A stretch of 64,000 bases of DNA from IMG/VR virus record IMGVR_UViG_3300031454_000241, positions 61-64,060 of that record. One strand, written 5' to 3'. Every line of letters begins with the position of its first letter. Position 1 is the stretch's first letter. The notes under the pieces are model-generated. The model made no database searches. It had not been told where the DNA came from and worked only from the letters and a program-made list of their open reading frames with translations. The position numbers and the translations under genes are program-made. Positions 35,332-43,346 of this stretch are shown here, one piece after another. Source of the stretch: a virus (Duplodnaviria; Caudoviricetes).

Positions 35332-35994
35332 TTACAGTCGGGTTCGCTGCCGTTGTCGTTGCCGTGCGTCTTCGTCCGCCTTGTCGCCCGCCGGGCCGGT
35401 GGCCGACGGGTTGGGGCCGTTGCCCTCGGCCGGCTTCGGGGCGGCGGCCTTGACGATCTTGAAGAGCTCGTCGGCATCCTTCTTCAGCTCGTCGGCGGTG
35501 TCGCCATGGATGCGTGACAGCAGTGAGTCGTCGAGGTTCGCGGCCTTGAGGGCGGCCCGGGCGCGGTCATCGCGATCCCGCCGGGCGATCTCGGCCTTCG
35601 CCGTGGCAACATCGGCCTCCGCGTCAGCTTTGACCTTGTCGATCTCGGCCTTGCGGTCTTCCGCGAGCTTCTGCCATTCGCCCTGCTGCTCAGCATCGGC
35701 GTCCTTGCGCTTCTGCTCGGCGGCCTTGAGGTCGATCAGTTCCTTCTCGGCGTCACGTGCCCGCTTCTCGGCGTCGCGCTTCTCCTGCCGGATGGCCTCA
35801 ATGGCCGCCTTGCCCTTGTCCCCGAGGTCTGCCGGATCGCCCGGCGGGTCGGTCTTGACAGGGGGCGTGACGACGGGCTCGACGGGCGGTGTGTTCTCCG
35901 AGAAGAACTGCCGGGACGGGTAGCTGCCGTAGGGCAGGCGAAGGGACGACGGACGGATCGGTGCTGGCGTGGTGATCGGTGTGGTGGCGAGCAT
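35332..35994 (-). CDS. Capsid scaffolding protein
   Basis: Pro-rich N-terminus, long K/E/A coiled coil, GAGAGGA RBS before MLATTP. Confidence 0.85.
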   Translation of the reverse strand: MLATTPITTPAPIRPSSLRLPYGSYPSRQFFSENTPPVEPVVTPPVKTDPPGDPADLGDKGKAAIEAIRQEKRDAEKRARDAEKELIDLKAAEQKRKDADAEQQGEWQKLAEDRKAEIDKVKADAEADVATAKAEIARRDRDDRARAALKAANLDDSLLSRIHGDTADELKKDADELFKIVKAAAPKPAEGNGPNPSATGPAGDKADEDARQRQRQRTRL

Positions 35995-36039
35995 CGCGCT
36001 CTGTCCTCTCGTGCCGCATCGCGCGGCGAAAACACGAAA

Positions 36040-36136
36040 GCGGCCCAACCGGAGAGCCGCGAGGGCTACACACAGTTGGACCGCCAAGGGTCGCTATCTT
36101 CGTTTGATACATGATGAGTATAGCGCGATATGTCAA
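36040..36136 (-). promoter_or_regulatory. TTGACA-N8-TATACT motif plus leader hairpin upstream of the scaffold/capsid operon
   Basis: TTGACA 36131-36136, TATACT 36117-36122; stem GCGGTCCAAC/GTTGGGCCGC (36040-36084) followed by TTTCGTGTTTTCG. Confidence 0.7.
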
Positions 36137-36234
36137 TGTGATGATGGGAGTCGGAAACGCCGGAGTGCGTCGGACTGTGTTGGTACGATGCCGACGATGG
36201 CACCCACGAGACGAAAGACGAAAGAGGATCACCC

Positions 36235-36519
36235 ATGGACCAGAACGACTACGACGGAATCCGAACGCGACCGGTCATCACGGACGGCGGGGAAATCGTG
36301 GACCTGATCGAAGACCTGACGGACGAACAGCGCGACCGGCTCCGGATCGCCTACCCAACACAGAAGGCCGCCATGCTGCTCGGCATCACCGAAACGCAGC
36401 TTGACGACCTTCATGAGGGTGGCGAGATCGTGATTCGGGATGTTGGAGAGGGCGAACGAATCGTGTTGCGGACCGAGATCGACCGGTATCGAGCGACTAG
36501 GGGACAGGAGCCGGTCTAG
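36235..36519 (+). CDS. MerR/excisionase-type HTH DNA-binding protein
   Basis: YPTQKAAMLLGITETQL...RIVLRTEIDRY; GAGG RBS; TGGTACGAT extended -10 at 36181-36189. Confidence 0.75.
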   Translation: MDQNDYDGIRTRPVITDGGEIVDLIEDLTDEQRDRLRIAYPTQKAAMLLGITETQLDDLHEGGEIVIRDVGEGERIVLRTEIDRYRATRGQEPV

Positions 36520-37508
36520 GCGGCCTTCGGTCCCTTGACGCGGTAATCCTTGATGACTTCACCCTCATCAAGGGTGCCGCGAACATGGGCCGGCTTCCAG
36601 AACGTCCCGGAGTACTTTCCGAACAACTTGCGCTCATCGGTATAGGTAACGAAGTGTCCACGAGCGATATGGAATGGCCTGATCCGCTTGTCGTTCGACG
36701 AGGGGCCAGCTAGAAGGTTTGGGCGAATGACCCGACTAGGATCAATCACCAGCGTCTTGAACCTGGCGATGGGCTCATTGTCGTGTTGCATCCGTCGCCG
36801 AATATGACGGGGAGGAACTGGCGCATCCTCCAAGCTCACGTTACGGCAGCTCATCAATGCCAGCGCGTAGATCGGCATCTCGAATATACGCCAGATCAAC
36901 GGATACATTGCGGCATCGGGATGGCCGGGCCAAAGCGGGGACTGTTCGTAATCCATTGGCGACTCATCCAGGAACCGCCCTCGTTCATCGAGGTAGATCC
37001 ACGCCGTTGAGTGAGGCCAGGCATGGGGCCATTCATCCCTGTCAACGAACAACTCTAGGCGCACCGCCCATCGTGCGCTTTCGCGATATCGTTCCGGCAA
37101 CTCACCATTGTCCAAGAACGATAGTGACACAGCATATCGCCGGTCTTGTCGACCGTTCGGCAGGTAATCGTTCTCCCTGCTCGGAAACCAATCAAGCTCA
37201 CAGCCAAACGGGTTGTCGAACTCGATCCACGGGAATAACGCCGGGGCCGCGATGGGCGGCATTATCTCCTTGAGATTGACATGACTCCGGAGGTCGTCTT
37301 CGGCAATGTACCTTGCAACACTGGAGGCATCAATGCAGATGCTCTGGTCGTACTCCCACGGCGGCTCTAGAACGAACCGGGTCATCCAGTCGAGGCCGTT
37401 GTACCGATCTATTGGCTGAGCATGGGCATAACGCGAAAGACGTTGCCACACCGATCCGCCGGGCTCTGCATTATGATTGTCGCGCACGGGACTACACTCC
37501 TGTGTCAT
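36516..37508 (-). CDS. Hypothetical protein (330 aa, lower GC than flanks)
   Basis: Long ORF with its own promoter-like motif; C-terminal HIARGHF...FWKPAHVRG. Confidence 0.75.
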   Translation of the reverse strand: MTQECSPVRDNHNAEPGGSVWQRLSRYAHAQPIDRYNGLDWMTRFVLEPPWEYDQSICIDASSVARYIAEDDLRSHVNLKEIMPPIAAPALFPWIEFDNPFGCELDWFPSRENDYLPNGRQDRRYAVSLSFLDNGELPERYRESARWAVRLELFVDRDEWPHAWPHSTAWIYLDERGRFLDESPMDYEQSPLWPGHPDAAMYPLIWRIFEMPIYALALMSCRNVSLEDAPVPPRHIRRRMQHDNEPIARFKTLVIDPSRVIRPNLLAGPSSNDKRIRPFHIARGHFVTYTDERKLFGKYSGTFWKPAHVRGTLDEGEVIKDYRVKGPKAA

Positions 37509-37555
37509 GGCCGGGCCTGTCGCAAGCAGGTGCCGGTCGCTGTTTGTAGACCTCT

Positions 37556-37575
37556 ATTCTACCTGACGCTGGCAA
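37556..37575 (-). promoter_or_regulatory. TTGCCA-N8-TAGAAT promoter-like motif
   Basis: Directly after the stop at 37577 and about 48 nt before the ATG at 37508. Confidence 0.55.
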
Positions 37576-37576
37576 G

Positions 37577-37783
37577 CTAGCGGCGCTTCCTTCGGTACTC
37601 GGCAAGATCGGCAATGACTGCCATTTGGCGGCCGTCGCGACGCGATATCCGGTCAAGCATCACCTGTCCAAAGGCTGCCCCCATCTCGGCGAGATCAATC
37701 CGGAGGATGCGCTCCTGTTGCGCCTCCCGGAACACGGTCAGGATGGTCGCGTTGCGTCGTGTCGACATTGGTTCCTTGCTCAT
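37577..37783 (-). CDS. Small hypothetical protein
   Basis: ATGA-coupled. Confidence 0.55.
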   Translation of the reverse strand: MSKEPMSTRRNATILTVFREAQQERILRIDLAEMGAAFGQVMLDRISRRDGRQMAVIADLAEYRRKRR

Positions 37784-37971
37784 GCTGCCTCCTGGGTGAT
37801 CTCCCGCGCCACGTCACGGCGGCACCGACTGTTCCGGCAGCGCCACCGGACGGTACTGCCGACCGTGGCCTCGCAGTGGACCTTGCTGCAATTTGGGCAC
37901 CGAACCACCCGCCACACGGGCCGGGGGAACGGCAAGAGCGTCGCAGTCAGATTCGTCGGTTGATCGGTCAT
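37780..37971 (-). CDS. Com-like zinc-ribbon protein
   Basis: VRCPNCSKV...VRWRCRNSRC. Confidence 0.65.
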   Translation of the reverse strand: MTDQPTNLTATLLPFPRPVWRVVRCPNCSKVHCEATVGSTVRWRCRNSRCRRDVAREITQEAA

Positions 37972-38186
37972 ACAATCTCCCGCCCGTTATCAGCCATCCA
38001 TCGGCCTAGACGCTTCCGTTCACGAATCATGCTGATGGAGCGAATCGCTCGGAGATCGCCATCCGCGACCTTCTCGTACGCCGAATGCTCGCCTCGGACC
38101 TCAGCGACGCCAGACCGCCATGAGCCCCACAGGACGCCGATGACGATGCCTATCAATCCCCCGCCGGTCGCCATGAGCCAGTCCAC
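37968..38186 (-). CDS. Small single-TM protein
   Basis: N-terminal hydrophobic helix; paralogue of 38187-38447 (AYxxVAxGD motif). Confidence 0.6.
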   Translation of the reverse strand: MDWLMATGGGLIGIVIGVLWGSWRSGVAEVRGEHSAYEKVADGDLRAIRSISMIRERKRLGRWMADNGREIV

Positions 38187-38447
38187 CTACGCCGCCTCCT
38201 GCTCTCCGGCTAGCGCCCGTTGATGCGCTGCCCATGCGGTCTTCCGGCGTTGTTCATGTTCCTGATCCATGTCCCAGAGCATCCCTTCCAGCAGGACCAT
38301 CCGGGTGGCGTGTGGATCGCCACGGGCGACATCGCGGTACGCTTTTGTCTGGATGGCGCTCTCGCGCACGAAGTTGCGACCACCGGTGAACAGGAGCGCG
38401 ACAGTGAACCCGCCCGTGAGACCCAGCACAAGAAGGTTCCAGTCCAT
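38187..38447 (-). CDS. Small single-TM protein
   Basis: MDWNLLVLGLTGGF...AYRDVARGD; paralogue of the adjacent ORF. Confidence 0.6.
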   Translation of the reverse strand: MDWNLLVLGLTGGFTVALLFTGGRNFVRESAIQTKAYRDVARGDPHATRMVLLEGMLWDMDQEHEQRRKTAWAAHQRALAGEQEAA

Positions 38448-38663
38448 TTAGGCCGCCTCCCTCACCCGTTCCGCCGCCGTCACCCCGTCCGTGAGCCCCA
38501 CCATGTAGGCGCGGGTCGCCAGTCGGCCCAGCACCCGTCGCACGTCCGACAGGTCGACCCGGCCATCCGTCGCGGGCAGTCGGCCGATGGGCTGCGGGTC
38601 GTCGCCGTAGTAGACATCGAGGACTTCCGTCTCCTCGTCGAAGACCAGTTCCAATGCAGTCAC
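38448..38663 (-). CDS. Small hypothetical protein
   Basis: Coupled small ORF ending EAA. Confidence 0.55.
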   Translation of the reverse strand: MTALELVFDEETEVLDVYYGDDPQPIGRLPATDGRVDLSDVRRVLGRLATRAYMVGLTDGVTAAERVREAA

Positions 38664-38917
38664 AGCTTGTCCTTCCGGATGTCCAACTCCGACGCGGCGC
38701 CGACCTGTGCCGTGATGGCCTCCTGATAGCGCGTCCGGCGACCGATTTCGTTCATCTGGTTGCGGGGCAACCGGAACCAGTTCAGGGATTCAAGCATGTC
38801 CGATTCGCCCCAAGGCTCGCGCTGGCGAGCCATGAGATACCGGATCGGCGGTCTGTTCGGGAAGTCGGTGTGCGGAAAGATTGGCGGAACGAGTCGCCCG
38901 AACCCATGCTCTGTCAC
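38660..38917 (-). CDS. Small hypothetical protein
   Basis: GTGA-coupled. Confidence 0.55.
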   Translation of the reverse strand: MTEHGFGRLVPPIFPHTDFPNRPPIRYLMARQREPWGESDMLESLNWFRLPRNQMNEIGRRTRYQEAITAQVGAASELDIRKDKL

Positions 38918-39324
38918 GCGGCCTCCTGCTCTTCCTCGACGACCGGCAGCAGCGGCAGCAGCGGCAGGAAGGGCGCCAGCACCACGGCTATGGCGTCGGT
39001 CGCCTGCTCATTGGCGTCCGCCATCGCTCCCTCGAACAGCGGCCAAGCGACCGACCCGAGTGCCGGCTCAACGTAACGGGCGGCAGCGTCGATCAGCGCC
39101 AAGTGGCAGTGAATCAATTCATGGGCGATGATGCCCCGCTGCTTCTCGGGATCGTACGCATCCAGTTGCGCACCGAGTCGAATGACGGCACGGCGCTGCC
39201 CATAGATGCACCTGATCTGGGCGTCGCAGTGGTCGTCTGACACCTCGTCATCGATCTTGAACGACCAGTCCTTGAGACCCATAGCGTCGGCCAGTTGCCG
39301 GACGTAGGGCAGCCAGTCAGTCAC
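38914..39324 (-). CDS. Small zincin-like (HExxH) protein
   Basis: IIAHELIHCHL preceded by a beta-hairpin pattern. Confidence 0.7.
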   Translation of the reverse strand: MTDWLPYVRQLADAMGLKDWSFKIDDEVSDDHCDAQIRCIYGQRRAVIRLGAQLDAYDPEKQRGIIAHELIHCHLALIDAAARYVEPALGSVAWPLFEGAMADANEQATDAIAVVLAPFLPLLPLLPVVEEEQEAA

Positions 39325-39553
39325 GATTCGCCATCCTTTCCACCAGCAACGCCCGCAGCTCATCGAGCCACTGGACATCGCTCAAACTCACGGCACCCAT
39401 CCCGGCCCACGCGACCGCCTGGACGCGAGCCGAGACGGTGATCGTCATGCCCGCCATCGTCATGGTCGTCCCGATCACGATGTCCGCCGCCCGGTTCGGG
39501 TCGTCCGGGTCAACGTGGGTGAAGACGCTGTACTGCTCATCGTTGGCGATCAT
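39317..39553 (-). CDS. Small hypothetical protein
   Basis: ATGA-coupled to MuF. Confidence 0.5.
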   Translation of the reverse strand: MIANDEQYSVFTHVDPDDPNRAADIVIGTTMTMAGMTITVSARVQAVAWAGMGAVSLSDVQWLDELRALLVERMANRD

Positions 39554-40548
39554 GCCGCCCTCCCCAACACGTCCCGGTTCGACCGTTCGCTGATGCTGGT
39601 CCCCCATTGGGGATCGGTCCGCCGTCCAACGAAATCGGCCAATGTTATGTCTCCTGATTCATACGCGTCGAACGCCGTGCCAAGCACCTCACGTCTCACC
39701 GCTATCGGTTGGCTGGCGAGCCATTCATCGCCGCTCGGAGGCAGCGCTACCGTGCTGTTATGGACGTTTGCGATAAGACTGCAACGACAATTGCTGTGAC
39801 TTTCCATGATGTAGCCCACCGGGTGCTCGGACAGATGGTGTCCAAGGCAGGCTTTGCAGGTCCTTGGCGAGAGTGTGCAAATCCAGATGACCCCATTCAG
39901 CAGGTGCGCAACGGATTGGTACTGTTCTGTCAGACCGCCCCGGTAGCTTCTGAGCGTCTCATTCCGAACTAGGCTTAGCAGTCGCGCCCGTTGCAATGGA
40001 CTGTCGAGGTCACGGGCGATCTGCCGGGCCACCGAACGTGGCCCTAGTCCGCCCGTCACGGCTTCCACTAGGCGCCGCTCAATGGTTGCGACGGCCTCGG
40101 ACCCGTATCGTCGCAAGACGCCCGTCAGGGGCGATTCTGGGCTGAAGGACGCTACGAGCCGCTCCGTCGCCGCGACCGGCAGATTGGCACTGGCGACCCG
40201 CACGCCTACGGCATCCAGCAGCGTCGCGGCGTCGGACGCCCCGGCCAGTGCCGCCGCCCGTGTCCCCTGCGTGAGGATGTCACGGGCATCGCCGCCGAAC
40301 CGGACGAACTCGACATCGGCCTGTGCCAACAGTCGCCGATACCGGCCCTCCCGTTGGAGCCACGCCTCGTTGACCGGCTCACCGGCGGCGATGGCCTGTT
40401 CGATGCGGGTCGTCGCGGCCAACAGGTCGGCGTCGAGCCGGGTGATGGCGGTGCGGTACGCGGTTCGGAGCGCCCGGTAGATCGGCGATTCGCGCCGGGC
40501 GATGTCGCGCCGCTGTCGGGCAATAATGCGCTCCAATTGAGAAACCAT
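39550..40548 (-). CDS. MuF-like minor head morphogenesis protein
   Basis: RLLSLVRNETLR...WIC..SPRTCKAC...HSNCRCS...EWL...R..VLG. Confidence 0.85.
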   Translation of the reverse strand: MVSQLERIIARQRRDIARRESPIYRALRTAYRTAITRLDADLLAATTRIEQAIAAGEPVNEAWLQREGRYRRLLAQADVEFVRFGGDARDILTQGTRAAALAGASDAATLLDAVGVRVASANLPVAATERLVASFSPESPLTGVLRRYGSEAVATIERRLVEAVTGGLGPRSVARQIARDLDSPLQRARLLSLVRNETLRSYRGGLTEQYQSVAHLLNGVIWICTLSPRTCKACLGHHLSEHPVGYIMESHSNCRCSLIANVHNSTVALPPSGDEWLASQPIAVRREVLGTAFDAYESGDITLADFVGRRTDPQWGTSISERSNRDVLGRAA

Positions 40549-41066
40549 CAGGCCGCCTCCTGATGGTCTTCTGGGAAGTTCAACCGGGAAAATTCGCCGA
40601 AATACCGTCGGGCTCCGTCGTCATAAGCACGAGCAGCGTCCTCAGGTTGGTCAAACTGGCCTAGAGATATTCGAGAATAATTGATGCCAATCGCTGCCCT
40701 CCAGAATATACGACCGGATGAAGACACTTCCTTGAACACTCCCTTGAACCCAGCCTCATTGCGCATAGACTTCCGCTGATTTTGATTGTTCTCAGCTTTG
40801 GTGCATACCCGGAGATTTGAGCGGCGGTTGTCCAAACCATCTCCATTGATGTGGTCAACGAACAGGACGGGATTAGTTAGCCCTAGGACGAAACGGTGCA
40901 TCGAAATGAATGTTCTCTTGTGCCCCGCGACGGTGATGTTGGCTTTCGCATAGAAGCGGACACCATCCACTTTGAGATGCCAGAGTCGGTCAAGCACGAG
41001 GTCGGCATCAATCTCGTCAATGATGGCGACCTTGCCGTGAGCAAGGGGAATGTGGATGATGGACAT
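40548..41066 (-). CDS. HNH endonuclease with C-terminal AP2 domain
   Basis: MHRFVLG, VDHINGDGLDNRRSNLR; GFKGV...LGQFDQPEDAARAYD; AT-rich upstream TTTTTGGTACAAT. Confidence 0.92.
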   Translation of the reverse strand: MSIIHIPLAHGKVAIIDEIDADLVLDRLWHLKVDGVRFYAKANITVAGHKRTFISMHRFVLGLTNPVLFVDHINGDGLDNRRSNLRVCTKAENNQNQRKSMRNEAGFKGVFKEVSSSGRIFWRAAIGINYSRISLGQFDQPEDAARAYDDGARRYFGEFSRLNFPEDHQEAA

Positions 41067-41196
41067 AGCTGCTCTCCTGGTGAGACAGGTCGAGAAGTTA
41101 GGGGCGCCGGGTTGTGTTGCAAGCACGCCCGGCGTTTCGCTAATTGTACCAAAAAGCCCGTATGTATGAGTGTTTTCGTCCTCCAGGGTGGGCATG

Positions 41197-41457
41197 TCAG
41201 GCGGCGTCCCTCCCGTTGGTCCGGATCAATTCGGACAGGAGGACACGGAATGATGTCGGGATTGCCACACCGACCGCCTCATATCGTTCAACGTGCTTGA
41301 TGACCGCTGTCCGAAGGGCTTCGAGGGAGTACATCTCGTTCACGTCCCCATTGAACGGCACATGGACAACCACATTACGCGAGGACGTACCTTCGAGGAC
41401 GACTTCCCGGCGATACCCGATCAACTTCCCGCTCATCGCGTTGTCGTCCTGGTTCAT
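41197..41457 (-). CDS. Small hypothetical protein
   Basis: ATGA-coupled. Confidence 0.55.
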   Translation of the reverse strand: MNQDDNAMSGKLIGYRREVVLEGTSSRNVVVHVPFNGDVNEMYSLEALRTAVIKHVERYEAVGVAIPTSFRVLLSELIRTNGRDAA

Positions 41458-41666
41458 GCGGCATCCCTCCGGTCATTTGCGGGGTCGTCAACGGACCATT
41501 CCTCGACCGATACGATCAGCCGTCGACCCACCTGCCGCTGGTAGCGTTCGGCAAATCGTTCAGCGCGGTCAGGGTCGGACCAAATCGCCACGATCTGCGT
41601 GTCGATGTCGGTGGTGCCCACATGGTCCGGCAATTCGCTGCTAACAACGAAGACGGTGCGCGTCAC
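41454..41666 (-). CDS. Small hypothetical protein (DUF7336-like V+VV...I+AI motif)
   Basis: GTGA-coupled; VFVV...IVAIWSDPDRAE...VEEWSVD; paralogue of the adjacent ORF. Confidence 0.55.
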   Translation of the reverse strand: MTRTVFVVSSELPDHVGTTDIDTQIVAIWSDPDRAERFAERYQRQVGRRLIVSVEEWSVDDPANDRRDAA

Positions 41667-41887
41667 GGCTGCACCTCCATCGGGGTGACGTCGAAGAACG
41701 TGCTCTGCCGCACGGGGGCAGCGCCAGTCCGGATCAAATACGCCGGATCGTTGATTTCGGCGATGTCCCGGTCGACGGCGGCCTGTTCGGCGGCCCGGAC
41801 CGCCTCGGCTCCGTCCGGGCTGGCGTGGATCGACACCAGCCAACTCCCCTCATACTCGGTGCTGCCCTGCACGACGTAGACGGTCAT
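41663..41887 (-). CDS. Small hypothetical protein
   Basis: VYVVQGSTEYEGSWLVSIHAS motif common in phage small proteins. Confidence 0.65.
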   Translation of the reverse strand: MTVYVVQGSTEYEGSWLVSIHASPDGAEAVRAAEQAAVDRDIAEINDPAYLIRTGAAPVRQSTFFDVTPMEVQP

Positions 41888-42105
41888 GCCGCGCCTCCTT
41901 CCGGTGCCGGCGCTTCCCGCCGGATGGTGTCGCGCAGGTCGTCCAGCAGGGCCATGAGCTCGTCGGGCGTTCCTACAAGGAGGAGTTCACCGTGCTGCCA
42001 TTGCAGCGAGCGCCCCGTTTCAATCCGTGTCACAACCCATTCGCCTTCGCGCTGTATCCCAATGACGAAGGGATAGTCAGCAGGCTCTCGCAGGACGTGC
42101 ATCAT
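41884..42105 (-). CDS. Small hypothetical protein
   Basis: TGATG/ATGA-coupled. Confidence 0.55.
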   Translation of the reverse strand: MMHVLREPADYPFVIGIQREGEWVVTRIETGRSLQWQHGELLLVGTPDELMALLDDLRDTIRREAPAPEGGAA

Positions 42106-43331
42106 CAGGCGATGCCCAGCGCGGTCAGGTTCAGGACCGTGATCTGCGCGAAGTCCACGGTGCCGGTGCCCGTGCCGGCCTGGAGCTCAATGGCGACGGT
42201 CGTCGTTCCCCCCGGCACCACGCCCTCGATGGCGAAGACGTTGCCGGGCTGCTGGTCCTGCGTGATGGACGTCGCCGGCGACAGGTACAGCGTCGGACCG
42301 ATGAAGCGGATGCGCGGGCTGGCGACGCTCCCCAGCCCGGCGACGGTGGACCGCACCCGCCCCATAAACCGGAGCTTGTCGCCGACCGCCCATGATCCCG
42401 CTGGAAGGTTGGCGGTGACGTACGGCGCCGCCGCCCCGTTGCCGACGACGCGCTGCCAGTTGCCCTTGATCGCCGCGTCGGCCACCAGCGACGCCGTGCC
42501 GCCGGTCGGTGCGGCCAGCGCCCACGAGTTGGCCACGCCGTCGGCGTTGGTGTCGCCGATGAAGACGCCGTTGGGCGTGAGGTTCGTCAGCTCGCCAACG
42601 CCCGACGCCAGCAGGGGCGCCACCATGCCCGGCTGCGTTGTCATCACGTCGGCGGCACGCTGGCCCAGCAGCTTCGCGCCCGCTTCGTTGGGATGGAGGC
42701 CGTCCGGGGAGTAGGCCGGGAGGATGCCGCCGGTCGCGGGGTCGATCAGGACCGGGTAGAAGTCGATCAGCAGCCAGCCCCGTCGGGCGGCGAGGTTGGC
42801 GATCCGGTAGTTGATCTCCGGGACCAATGTGCCGCTCGCGTTGCGCGGCAGGAGCGTCGTCAGAACCGGCGTAACCCCACCGGCTAACAGGGCGTTGCCG
42901 ATGCCCTCGATGCTGGCGACGATCTGGGCGGGCGTCCGGGTCGTGACGCTGTTGGTCCCGCCGTGGACGATGCAGTAGTCCACGCCCAGCGGCAGGACGT
43001 CCGTAGCGACGCGGGCGGCGATCTGGTCGATCGTCTGGCCGGCGACCCCGGCGTTGCCGCCCTTGACCATCCGGCAGCGTCCGCCCGAGAGCAGACCCAG
43101 CCACGTCAGCCACGAGGTATTGCCGAACACCCCGACGGCGCTGGTGCCGTTGCCGATGGTGATGCTGTCGCCCAACGCTGCGACCCGATTGCCGCGCCGC
43201 CCGGACTGCGCACGCTGGGCTGCCACCTGCGCCGGGCTGAACGGCGCTCCCGTCGCCGGGTCGGTCTGGTAGTCGGTGATCGTCTGGATGACCTGCGCGG
43301 CCGACAGACCGGGTTTGGGAAGAAATGGCAT
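42105..43331 (-). CDS. SGNH/GDSL hydrolase with C-terminal jelly-roll (carbohydrate-binding-like) domain
   Basis: Blocks GDSIT, GVAG, GGTNS, DGLHPN. Confidence 0.85.
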   Translation of the reverse strand: MPFLPKPGLSAAQVIQTITDYQTDPATGAPFSPAQVAAQRAQSGRRGNRVAALGDSITIGNGTSAVGVFGNTSWLTWLGLLSGGRCRMVKGGNAGVAGQTIDQIAARVATDVLPLGVDYCIVHGGTNSVTTRTPAQIVASIEGIGNALLAGGVTPVLTTLLPRNASGTLVPEINYRIANLAARRGWLLIDFYPVLIDPATGGILPAYSPDGLHPNEAGAKLLGQRAADVMTTQPGMVAPLLASGVGELTNLTPNGVFIGDTNADGVANSWALAAPTGGTASLVADAAIKGNWQRVVGNGAAAPYVTANLPAGSWAVGDKLRFMGRVRSTVAGLGSVASPRIRFIGPTLYLSPATSITQDQQPGNVFAIEGVVPGGTTTVAIELQAGTGTGTVDFAQITVLNLTALGIA

Positions 43332-43346
43332 GTCAACTCCTATCCG

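Noticed and set aside
12329-43113. Long antisense or alternate-frame ORFs (e.g. 12329-13657, 21220-22374, 21404-22837, 24989-26611, 27487-29043, 33423-34850, 42187-43113)
   Set aside because: Shadow ORFs of high-GC coding regions: R/G/P-rich, no motifs, no RBS. By contrast, the nested HNH at 46848-47381 has both an SD and a catalytic motif.
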